Assembly: GCA_902593475.1 (NCBI GenBank)
Contig: CACJIM010000003.1
Location: forward strand, 10,718 to 74,717
Length of the DNA stretch: 64,000 nucleotides
Direction: 5' to 3'
From: an uncultured Candidatus Actinomarina sp.
Lineage (GTDB): Bacteria; Actinomycetota; Acidimicrobiia; Actinomarinales; Actinomarinaceae
Shown one piece after another: positions 9,926-18,525 of this stretch. The position numbers were made by a program, and so were the translations under genes. The notes beneath the pieces were generated by a model. It was not told the origin of the DNA. It saw only the letters and a program-made list of their open reading frames with translations, and made no database searches. Each line of letters opens with the position of its first letter. Position 1 is the first letter of the stretch.

Positions 9926-10966
9926 TTACAAACAACTTTTTATAAATTTTATAGTTTCAATATCTAGTGGTATTGCTACAGAAAGTTCAGTAACATTACA
10001 TTTTTTCCAGTCTTCAAGCTTTTCTTTTATTCGTTCTTTAGAGCCAACAAGTGTTAGATCATCTATCAATTCATTAGGAAAAATTGATTCTGCTTCTGCT
10101 TTTTCTCCTTTTAGATATAATTCCTGAATCTGAGTAGCAATTTCTTCATAGCCGTATTCACACATCAAGTTAAAATAAAAGTTTTTATCTTTAGCTCCCA
10201 TACCACCTACATATAGAGTGTAATTATTTCTTGCAGGAGCTAGATATGCATCTCTTTCAGATTCGTCGCACACCTTCGCAAAAACAGGGGCAGATATATT
10301 AAATTTTTCTTTTTTGTTTGGGTCACCAGATTTTTCAAAACCTTTTTCTAAAAATTGATTGAAAAATTTGTCTCCAAGAGTTGGTGAATACATAAAAGGA
10401 AGCCATCCATCTGCAATTTCAGCAGTTAATTCAATATTTTTTGGTCCAATAGCTGCAAGATATATTGGTATATCAGTTCTAAGAGGTTGTTCAATTAGTT
10501 TTAATGGCTTTCCTAGACCAGATGCATCATCACCATTGTATGGTAAGTTGTAATACTCCCCTTCAAAAGAAGTTTTTCCTTCTCTTCGTAATATATCTTT
10601 AACGATCTGAACATACTCTCTCGTCTTTCTTAATGGCTTTCCATAAGCAACCCCATGCCAACCCTCAACAACTTGAGGTCCAGAAACACCAATCCCTAAC
10701 CTAAACCTACCACCTGAAAGTTTATCAATAGTAACAGCTGTCATTGCAGTCATAGCAGGAGATCTCCCGGGAATTTGCATGATGCCAGAGCCTAAATTTA
10801 TATTATCTGTCAATGCAGCGAAATATGAAAGTGGAGTAACCGCATCATATCCATATGCTTCCGCTGTCCAAATACAAGATATCCCTATTTCGTCTAATTC
10901 TTTAATTAGGTTTTTTTCACTTGAAATATGTGGACCAAAATAACCGACATTTACACTTACATCCAT
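9926..10966 (-). CDS. LLM-class (luciferase-like) F420/flavin-dependent oxidoreductase
   Basis: Luciferase-like TIM barrel: GISCIWTAEAYGYDAVTPLSYFAA, RFRLGIGVSG and related motifs. Confidence 0.8.
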   Translation of the reverse strand: MDVSVNVGYFGPHISSEKNLIKELDEIGISCIWTAEAYGYDAVTPLSYFAALTDNINLGSGIMQIPGRSPAMTAMTAVTIDKLSGGRFRLGIGVSGPQVVEGWHGVAYGKPLRKTREYVQIVKDILRREGKTSFEGEYYNLPYNGDDASGLGKPLKLIEQPLRTDIPIYLAAIGPKNIELTAEIADGWLPFMYSPTLGDKFFNQFLEKGFEKSGDPNKKEKFNISAPVFAKVCDESERDAYLAPARNNYTLYVGGMGAKDKNFYFNLMCEYGYEEIATQIQELYLKGEKAEAESIFPNELIDDLTLVGSKERIKEKLEDWKKCNVTELSVAIPLDIETIKFIKSCL

Positions 10967-10978
10967 ATGTAAAGGATA

Positions 10979-11491
10979 CTATAAATTTATATCAATAAAA
11001 TCATCATGTATTAACAAACCATGCATTTGAATATCATGATTTTCAAAAGGAATATGATCTACTATATGATTTTTATCTGTTACACCGATAAATGTTGAGT
11101 TTAAATAGTTAGAAAGTAGCTTATCGTAAATACCACTACCCTTGCCAAGCCTAGTACCTTTTTTATCAAATCCAACACCAGGTACTAAAAATATATCAAC
11201 ATGATCAATAATTTTTAAATTAACTGGTTGAAAAACATTAAAACTATTTTTTTCAAATGGTTCTTCATAAATGCAAATTTTTATTTCTTTATCTTGAAGA
11301 CAAGTAGTAGACAATAATGCATGTCCCTTTAAATACATATTGATGTTTATTTCACTTTCTAGTGGTACATATGTGCAAACAATTTTACCTCTGATAATAT
11401 TTTGTAATTTTTCAATAACAGTCTGAGTGTGTTCAACATCGACCAATGAAATATTTTTTAGTTTCTTCCTTAATTCTATTTTTTCTAACAT
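10979..11491 (-). CDS. 5-formyltetrahydrofolate cyclo-ligase
   Basis: VPGVGFDKKGTRLGKGSGIYDKLL signature. Confidence 0.8.
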   Translation of the reverse strand: MLEKIELRKKLKNISLVDVEHTQTVIEKLQNIIRGKIVCTYVPLESEININMYLKGHALLSTTCLQDKEIKICIYEEPFEKNSFNVFQPVNLKIIDHVDIFLVPGVGFDKKGTRLGKGSGIYDKLLSNYLNSTFIGVTDKNHIVDHIPFENHDIQMHGLLIHDDFIDINL

Positions 11492-11529
11492 AATTTATTA
11501 TCTAGATAGTTCTACATTACACTGACAAC

Positions 11530-12261
11530 ATGCTGAAGAACAAATTACTTACATGGTTCAACCTATTGATCATGGGTATATACACAATCCCAGTTACATA
11601 CTCTATTTGGTTTGTTGGTTTGTTTAATAGATTCACGAAATTAAAGTACTACATTGCTCAAAGCTGGACAATTCCCTGGATGTGGGCTGCTAGATCAAAA
11701 GTAACTTTGATTAAAAACTTTGATTATAAAAAAAATCAGCCTTATGTTGTTATTTCAAATCACTTATCAAATTTAGATCCCATGATGCAATTTAGATATC
11801 TTAAAATTAAATGGGTATTTATGGCTAAAAAAGAAGTGTATAAACTTCCTGTCTTTAGAACAGCAGCAAGGTCATTTAATTTTATAAAAGTTGATAGATC
11901 AGATAAAAACGATCGAAAAAGTATTAATGAACAGGCAAAAACCCTTTTTAGAAACGGATGGTCACTTATGGTTTACCCTCAGGGAACAAGAGCAAAAAAA
12001 GATAATTTTCTGCCTTTTAAAAGCGGAGCATTTCATATTGCATTAGAAAATAATATTCCAATTCTTCCGGTTGTGATAGCAGGCACTGGAGACATATGGC
12101 CTAGAGGTAAAAAATTTATGACCAGTGGTAAGGCAATCATTAATACATTAGAACCAATTGACATGTCAAATTATACAAAAGAAACAATTGATCAACTTGT
12201 TGATGAAACATATGAGAAAATGTCAAAAGTGTATAAAGAATTAACTGCTTCCATAAAATAA
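11530..12261 (+). CDS. plsC: 1-acyl-sn-glycerol-3-phosphate acyltransferase
   Basis: HxxxxD motif (NHLSNLD) and PEGTR-like block (PQGTRAK). Confidence 0.85.
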   Translation: MLKNKLLTWFNLLIMGIYTIPVTYSIWFVGLFNRFTKLKYYIAQSWTIPWMWAARSKVTLIKNFDYKKNQPYVVISNHLSNLDPMMQFRYLKIKWVFMAKKEVYKLPVFRTAARSFNFIKVDRSDKNDRKSINEQAKTLFRNGWSLMVYPQGTRAKKDNFLPFKSGAFHIALENNIPILPVVIAGTGDIWPRGKKFMTSGKAIINTLEPIDMSNYTKETIDQLVDETYEKMSKVYKELTASIK

Positions 12262-12282
12262 AATAAATCTTACAATACGAAT

Positions 12283-12798
12283 ATGAATATCTTATTGGCA
12301 GCGCTTTCTATTTTTGTATTGAGATTACTTGACCAAACACTTGGAACCTTAAGGATACTTTATGTGAACAAAGGAAAACCAGTATTTGGTGCTGTTTTAG
12401 GATTTATAGAGTCAGCAATCTGGGTTGTTGCTATATCTCAAGTTATTCAGGATTTAAATGATCCATTTCTAATATTTGGATACGCGCTTGGATTTGCTGC
12501 AGGAACAATAATGGGATCCTATATTGAAAATACAATCGCTATTGGTGATATTGTTGTGAGAATCTTTGCACCAAAAGATAGCGATAGTACGCAAGTGGCT
12601 GAAGCATTAAGAAATAATGGATTTGGTGTAACAATCATTAATGGAGAAGGCATGCAGGGAGAAGTTAGCATTGCTTGGTGCGTAACACCAAGGAAAAGGG
12701 TTAAACAAGTTTTGAGGATTGTATCAGAAATTAATCCTGATGCTTACGTTACTACTGAACCTACAAATCCAACAAAGCTAACTGGAAACCGAAAATAG
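12283..12798 (+). CDS. UPF0316/DUF2179-family membrane protein
   Basis: N-terminal TM helices plus a C-terminal DUF2179-like domain (GVTIINGEGMQG). Confidence 0.6.
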   Translation: MNILLAALSIFVLRLLDQTLGTLRILYVNKGKPVFGAVLGFIESAIWVVAISQVIQDLNDPFLIFGYALGFAAGTIMGSYIENTIAIGDIVVRIFAPKDSDSTQVAEALRNNGFGVTIINGEGMQGEVSIAWCVTPRKRVKQVLRIVSEINPDAYVTTEPTNPTKLTGNRK

Positions 12799-12799
12799 A

Positions 12800-15103
12800 C
12801 TAAAGACCTTTTTCAAAATCGTCTTCAAAAGAAACTCTTTTTCTGTTTGAAGATTTTCCACGATTGTCGGACTTTTTGTCACTTCTATTTCTGTTACCAT
12901 TTCTAGATCTTGAAGGTTTTCTATCACGAGAATTATTTGATTCCCCACCTTCTGCTTCTTCTGGTATTTCTAAATCTTCAACTGGAGAAAGACTTACCTT
13001 TCCATTTTCAATTGAATCTACATTGACTTTAATTTTGTCTCCAACTGATACAACTGCTTCAGTATTGTTTACTCTTTTAGATGAGTGAAATTTTGATACA
13101 TGTAATAAACCATCTCTACCTGGAAGAATATTTATGAAAGCTCCATACGTAGCAACACTTACAACTTCTCCATCATATTGTGCCCCAACTTCAGCTTCAG
13201 GTGGATCGATTATTAACATAACCATTTCTTTACCAGCTGCTATTGCTTCTTCTTCAGTTGATCCAAGTGTTAAAATGCCATCATCATCAATTTCGACAGA
13301 ACATCCAGTTTCTTCCTCGATTTTCTTGATATTTTTACCTTTTGGACCAATGACTTCACCAATTTTATCTTTAGGTAATTCGATAGTTTCAAGTCTAGGT
13401 GCATTGCCAGAAAGACTTTCCGCTGGTTCAGCAATAGTGTCTTCCATAATATCTAATATGTGATGTCTTGCATCCATAGCTTGATTTAATGCTTTTCTTA
13501 ATACATCAGCTGGCAGACCTTCTATTTTCATATCTAGTTGTAATGCAGTAATCACATTTCTTGTTCCAGCAACTTTAAAATCCATATCGCCAAGAGCATC
13601 TTCAGCACCCAAGATATCTGTGAGAGTAACATAGGTATCGTCTTTAGAAATTAGCCCCATAGCGATACCTGCAACATGTTCTCTAATAGGAACACCCGCA
13701 GCCATCAATGACAAACTAGATGCACATACTGAAGCCTGAGAAGTAGATCCGTTTGAAGAAATTGCTTCACTTACGACTCTGATAGTGTATGGAAAGTCAA
13801 CTTTTGGAGGAATAACAGGTACCAATGCCTTTTCAGCCAAAGCACCGTGACCAATTTCTCTTCTCTTTGGGCCTCTCATTGGATAGGCTTCTCCTGTTGA
13901 ATATGGAGGGAAATTATAATGATGCATATATCTTTTTGATGTGACTGTATCAATAGTATCTAACATCTGTTCAAGCCTTGACATACCTAAGGTTGTAACA
14001 TTTAAAACCTGTGTTTCTCCTCTTAAAAATAATGAAGAACCATGAACAGTTGGAAGTAAGTTTATCTCAGCAGATATATTTCTAATATCAGTTGGTGTTC
14101 GTCCATCTAATCTAGCACCACCACTTAAAACTCTATCTCTGACTGTGTTCTTAACAATAGACTTGAAAGCTAATTTAATTGCTTTAGTATTGTCATCTTC
14201 TTCATCTAAGAATTTCTCAACAGCTTGCTCTTCAAGCTCACTTTGCTTTTCACTTCTTTCAGATCTGTCTGTTATAGCCATTGCTGTTTCAATATCTGAA
14301 CCAAATACTTCACTAATTTGTGACTTTAGCTCTTCTGAGTAGTCTTCAATAATAGGCCAGTCAATCTCAGGAACATCTCTTTTAGCAACTAATTCTTTTT
14401 GAGCTTCTATTAATTTTGAAATAAATTCTTTGGACATATCAATTCCATCAGCAACAATATTTTCAGATGGTGCAGCACTGCCTTCATCAATTTTATTAAA
14501 AGCATTGTCTGTCGCTCCAGCCTCAACCATTACAATATCTATTTCACCTTTAGGATTTAGGCTTCCTGCAACAACCATATCAAAAACTGATTCTTCTAAT
14601 TCAGTATTTGTAGCTTGAACTACCCAGTTGTCATTAATTAAAGACATTCTCACAGCACCTACAGCTGACTCAAGTGGAACCCCTGCTAATTGAAGACCTA
14701 ATGATGCAGCATTGAGAGCTAAAATATCATATTCATTTTCATTATCAACACTTAAAACCGTTGCAATTATTTGTGTTTCACATCTAAAACCATCTTTAAA
14801 AGAAGGTCTCAAAGGTCTATCTATTAATCGACAAGCTAATATAGCTTTTTCCGTTTGCCTACCTTCTCTTCTGAAAAATCCTCCAGGAATTTTTCCAGCG
14901 GAATACATTCTTTCTTCTACATCCACTGTTAAAGGGAAAAAATCAATACCATCCCTTACACTTTTGTTAGCAACTGTTGTCACTAAAACTGTGGTATCAC
15001 CTGACGTAACAACTACAGAACCAGGTGCTTGCAGAGCTAATTTACCTGTTTCAAATCCAATTTCTGCATTACCAATATTTACTTTTACATTATCGATCGA
15101 CAT
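12800..15103 (-). CDS. pnp: polynucleotide phosphorylase with Arg/Ser-rich C-terminal tail
   Basis: Two RNase PH domains, KH and S1 domains. Conserved position downstream of rpsO. Confidence 0.95.
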   Translation of the reverse strand: MSIDNVKVNIGNAEIGFETGKLALQAPGSVVVTSGDTTVLVTTVANKSVRDGIDFFPLTVDVEERMYSAGKIPGGFFRREGRQTEKAILACRLIDRPLRPSFKDGFRCETQIIATVLSVDNENEYDILALNAASLGLQLAGVPLESAVGAVRMSLINDNWVVQATNTELEESVFDMVVAGSLNPKGEIDIVMVEAGATDNAFNKIDEGSAAPSENIVADGIDMSKEFISKLIEAQKELVAKRDVPEIDWPIIEDYSEELKSQISEVFGSDIETAMAITDRSERSEKQSELEEQAVEKFLDEEDDNTKAIKLAFKSIVKNTVRDRVLSGGARLDGRTPTDIRNISAEINLLPTVHGSSLFLRGETQVLNVTTLGMSRLEQMLDTIDTVTSKRYMHHYNFPPYSTGEAYPMRGPKRREIGHGALAEKALVPVIPPKVDFPYTIRVVSEAISSNGSTSQASVCASSLSLMAAGVPIREHVAGIAMGLISKDDTYVTLTDILGAEDALGDMDFKVAGTRNVITALQLDMKIEGLPADVLRKALNQAMDARHHILDIMEDTIAEPAESLSGNAPRLETIELPKDKIGEVIGPKGKNIKKIEEETGCSVEIDDDGILTLGSTEEEAIAAGKEMVMLIIDPPEAEVGAQYDGEVVSVATYGAFINILPGRDGLLHVSKFHSSKRVNNTEAVVSVGDKIKVNVDSIENGKVSLSPVEDLEIPEEAEGGESNNSRDRKPSRSRNGNRNRSDKKSDNRGKSSNRKRVSFEDDFEKGL

Positions 15104-15128
15104 ATAACCTCTTTCGTGACCAAGGTTA

Positions 15129-15163
15129 TTAATTGTCAGCTTTCAACAAAAGCTCTCAATTAA
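15129..15163 (-). promoter_or_regulatory. long imperfect hairpin in rpsO-pnp intergenic leader (candidate RNase III processing / pnp autoregulation site)
   Basis: Stems TTAATTG/CAATTAA and AGCTTT/AAAGCT around loop TGTTG, read directly from the sequence. No following U-run, so not a terminator. Coordinates approximate to 2 nt. Confidence 0.4.
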
Positions 15164-15182
15164 CAACGCAAGGTCAAATTTA

Positions 15183-15440
15183 TTATCTTCTTAAGCCAAG
15201 CTTATCTATAAGATCACGATATCTTTGTACATCTTGATTCTGAAGGTACTGAAGTAATCTCTTTCTTTTACCAACAAGCATTAATAATCCTCTTCTTGTG
15301 TGGTGGTCTTTTTTATGTGTTTTCAAATGATCTGTTAAATGATCGATTCTATTACTCAATAAAGCAACCTGAACTTCAGCAGAACCAGTATCTGTATCGG
15401 ATTTACCGTATTCTTTTATAATTTCTTGGTTTGTTTTCAT
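15183..15440 (-). CDS. rpsO: 30S ribosomal protein S15
   Basis: Full-length S15 signature. Confidence 0.95.
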   Translation of the reverse strand: MKTNQEIIKEYGKSDTDTGSAEVQVALLSNRIDHLTDHLKTHKKDHHTRRGLLMLVGKRKRLLQYLQNQDVQRYRDLIDKLGLRR

Positions 15441-15482
15441 TCGTGATAATAATAGTAGCTGCTATATCTAATGTGAGATTAT

Positions 15483-16376
15483 TTAATTTTTATTAATATC
15501 TTCAATATCTTTAGATATTTGTTGAATTAATTCATCAATACTTGAGAATTTTATTTCATCTCTTATAAATTTTTTAAAATGTACTGTTAAATCAGCATCG
15601 TAAATATCTTCATTAAAATCAAAAATATGTACTTCTAAACTTTGCTTGGTCCCTTCAGATACCGTAGGTTTATATCCGATATTCATAATTCCTTGATAAA
15701 GATTTCCATTTAAGAGCACGTCTACTTTGTATACTCCATTTTTGGGTATTTGAATACTCTTATCAATGTTCAAATTTGCAGTTGGAAATCCTATCTGAGA
15801 ACCTCTTTGATCACCTTTGATAACAGTTCCTGTTAAAGAATACTCATAACCCAAAGCTTCATTAGCCTGTTCAACAAAACCTTCACTCAAAAATGACTTA
15901 ATTAATGTTGAAGATATTTTTTCATTGTTGTGTTCGTAATCAGGAATAGTATGTACTGAATCTTCACCAAAATATTTAATTAAGTAATCTACGTCACCCT
16001 CACGGTTTGCACCAAATTTAAAATCATTACCTACATAAATATTTTTAGCTTTCATATTGTTTTTTAACATCTCACAAAAAGTTTTAGGTGAATACTTCAT
16101 TACATGTTCAAAATTAATAAATACTAAATTACTAGGTTCAAATTTTTTGAATAATTCAATCTTCTCATTATTAGTTGTTAGTAACATATGTTCATTATTG
16201 AAGTATTTTTTTGGAAGTATATCAAAAGTAACTATTTGAAATAAATTACTTGATTCTTTTGTATATTTTAATAGTTCCTGATGGCCTAAATGTACTCCAT
16301 CAAATCCACCGATACACACAGCTGCAATATCATCATGAATATAATTGTCGGAAGTAAAATTTTCATATATTCTCAT
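15483..16376 (-). CDS. ribF: bifunctional riboflavin kinase / FMN adenylyltransferase
   Basis: N-terminal GxFDGxHxGH nucleotidyltransferase motif and C-terminal riboflavin kinase domain (PTANL). Confidence 0.92.
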   Translation of the reverse strand: MRIYENFTSDNYIHDDIAAVCIGGFDGVHLGHQELLKYTKESSNLFQIVTFDILPKKYFNNEHMLLTTNNEKIELFKKFEPSNLVFINFEHVMKYSPKTFCEMLKNNMKAKNIYVGNDFKFGANREGDVDYLIKYFGEDSVHTIPDYEHNNEKISSTLIKSFLSEGFVEQANEALGYEYSLTGTVIKGDQRGSQIGFPTANLNIDKSIQIPKNGVYKVDVLLNGNLYQGIMNIGYKPTVSEGTKQSLEVHIFDFNEDIYDADLTVHFKKFIRDEIKFSSIDELIQQISKDIEDINKN

Positions 16377-17254
16377 AAGAGTACTTTTTCTGGTTTGTAA
16401 TATTTTTCATTAAAAGGTTTATAAATTGCCACAATATTGCTCTCGATAGATATTATATATTTTTCTTCATTTGAAAACATATTTCTAGGTAGAAGTTGAC
16501 CATTCTTAATTGTTCCATGCATTTCCACATCTAGTTCAATTTTTGGCAGATTAATAACTTCTGCCCAATCTAATGACATTATTTTTGAGTTGTGATTTAT
16601 AGCTTCGACATTTGTATTTAGACTTTTATGATCAATATTTAAATTACCAACGGCTGTCCTTGTAAGAGTATCTACTATTGCATAAGTATTCAGATAATCA
16701 CCTAATTGTTGAACAATGCTTCTTATATAAGTTCCCTTGCTAACAGTTATCTCAAAAGTGACTTTATTATCTAATACTTCTAAAAATTCTGTTCTTTCTA
16801 CAAATATTTTTCTATCAGGAATCTCTACATCTTGATTTTGACGTGCATATTTATATAATCGTTTTCCTTTTACTTTAATTGCTGAATAAATTGGTGGAGT
16901 CTGGATAGACTCGCCAACCAAATTAGTAAGAAATTCTTGTATTTGAGGTTTCAACTGTTCTGCACTTATATCATCATGTTTTGTAATTTCTGAGTCAATA
17001 TCAAGAGTTGGAGAAGAGTAACCTAATATTGCGATTACTTTATAAGTTTTATTAGTGTTGTATATGTAATCAAATAATTTTGTATAACCATTAGTAGCAA
17101 GAAGCATTAAACCATCTGCGTTTGGATCTAAGGTGCCTGAGTGACCTACTTTTTTAAATTTAAAATTTTTTTTTAATTTAGTACATAGATCTTGAGAGGT
17201 CCATGTTTTTGGTTTGTCTAATAGATAAAAGTTAGATTTGTGACTTAATTGCAT
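16373..17254 (-). CDS. truB: tRNA pseudouridine(55) synthase
   Basis: GHSGTLDP catalytic Asp motif. Overlaps ribF by 4 nt. Confidence 0.92.
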   Translation of the reverse strand: MQLSHKSNFYLLDKPKTWTSQDLCTKLKKNFKFKKVGHSGTLDPNADGLMLLATNGYTKLFDYIYNTNKTYKVIAILGYSSPTLDIDSEITKHDDISAEQLKPQIQEFLTNLVGESIQTPPIYSAIKVKGKRLYKYARQNQDVEIPDRKIFVERTEFLEVLDNKVTFEITVSKGTYIRSIVQQLGDYLNTYAIVDTLTRTAVGNLNIDHKSLNTNVEAINHNSKIMSLDWAEVINLPKIELDVEMHGTIKNGQLLPRNMFSNEEKYIISIESNIVAIYKPFNEKYYKPEKVLL

Positions 17255-18173
17255 TCTTAACTTTAATTTTTATTTCTTCCATACTTAAATTTGTAGAAAA
17301 TCCAGAAGCTGCTTTATGCCCACCGCCACCAAATAGCGAAGCAATCTGTTGAACATCTAATTCATTGCGAGACCTTAAGCTTCCTTTAAATGATTTATCT
17401 TGCTGCTCTTTTAACAATAAAGCCACACTTGATTCTTTCACCAATCTAATAGAATCAATTAAAAAATCTGTTTCAGAAGATTCAATGTTGTAATTGAGAT
17501 AATCTTCTTGTAAAACATACGAAACAATTAATTCTTCTTCATCGTGTAATTCAATTCTGTTCAACACTTCACTTTGTAGCTTGATTGCATTCATAGGAAT
17601 AGACCCATAAATGTTATCACTAATACTTGTAAGTTCAGCACCACTTAACATTAGTTTTGATGCAATTTCAAATACTTCATTATCTGTATTTGAATATTGA
17701 AATCTACCTGTATCGGTGATTAATCCTGTCATAAGGCAATTGGCGATATTTTTATCGATGTCAATATTTGCAGAAAGAATTTCTCTGAATAGCACTTGTG
17801 TAGTACTAGCCGCTTTTGAATCAATTACCTGAATATCGCCAAAAGAAGGATTAATATGGTGATCTACAACAATGACTCTTTTAGCATTTAATGCTAAATC
17901 TTCTAAATCACCAAGTCTTTCTGAGTTTCCACAATCAAAAACATATATATTGTCATAATTTTCTTTTGGCTTATCCATAATTAATTCAATGGGTAAGTGA
18001 TTTAAATTAGAGGGAACGTTACCTTTAATATCAAAAGAGACATCGGAATCTATGCCTTTGCTGTCCAGTATTAATTTAAATGCTAAGGCAGAACCCAAAG
18101 CATCGCCGTCAGGGTTTATATGGCCTGTAATTAAATTAGAAGAATCTTTAATATCTTCAAAAAGTTTACTCAT
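17232..18173 (-). CDS. nrnA: DHH-family phosphoesterase NrnA (oligoribonuclease / pAp phosphatase)
   Basis: DHH motif (VVDHH) and GGGH in the DHHA1 domain. ATG overlaps the rbfA stop (ATGAGTAA); the track start is an upstream TTG. Confidence 0.85.
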   Translation of the reverse strand: MSKLFEDIKDSSNLITGHINPDGDALGSALAFKLILDSKGIDSDVSFDIKGNVPSNLNHLPIELIMDKPKENYDNIYVFDCGNSERLGDLEDLALNAKRVIVVDHHINPSFGDIQVIDSKAASTTQVLFREILSANIDIDKNIANCLMTGLITDTGRFQYSNTDNEVFEIASKLMLSGAELTSISDNIYGSIPMNAIKLQSEVLNRIELHDEEELIVSYVLQEDYLNYNIESSETDFLIDSIRLVKESSVALLLKEQQDKSFKGSLRSRNELDVQQIASLFGGGGHKAASGFSTNLSMEEIKIKVKNAIKSQI

Positions 18174-18516
18174 TCTCAATAGTCCTATCTAACAGTTCGT
18201 TGATTCTTAGAACATTATTAAATGTACTATCAACTTCAAAAATGATTTTGGGTACATTTTTTGTTGTCATTTCTCTTGCTAATACTTTTTGAATCTTTGT
18301 TCTATTTTTCTCAAGTGCAGTTTTTAAAGAGCCTTCATTACCATCAAGTGTTGAAACAAATACCATTGATTTCTTTAGATCTGGTGAAGTAGAAACATGA
18401 GTAATAGTTGCTTTGTTTAGGACTGGATCAGAATTTCTTAAAAGTGCGCTTGAAATAATTTTTTGAATGAGGGGGTTTATTCGATTTATTCTTCCACCAC
18501 GTGTTTGATTACTCAT
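18166..18516 (-). CDS. rbfA: ribosome-binding factor A
   Basis: RbfA length and KH-like core. Conserved position after infB. Confidence 0.9.
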   Translation of the reverse strand: MSNQTRGGRINRINPLIQKIISSALLRNSDPVLNKATITHVSTSPDLKKSMVFVSTLDGNEGSLKTALEKNRTKIQKVLAREMTTKNVPKIIFEVDSTFNNVLRINELLDRTIENE

Positions 18517-18525
18517 CGTTTTTTT

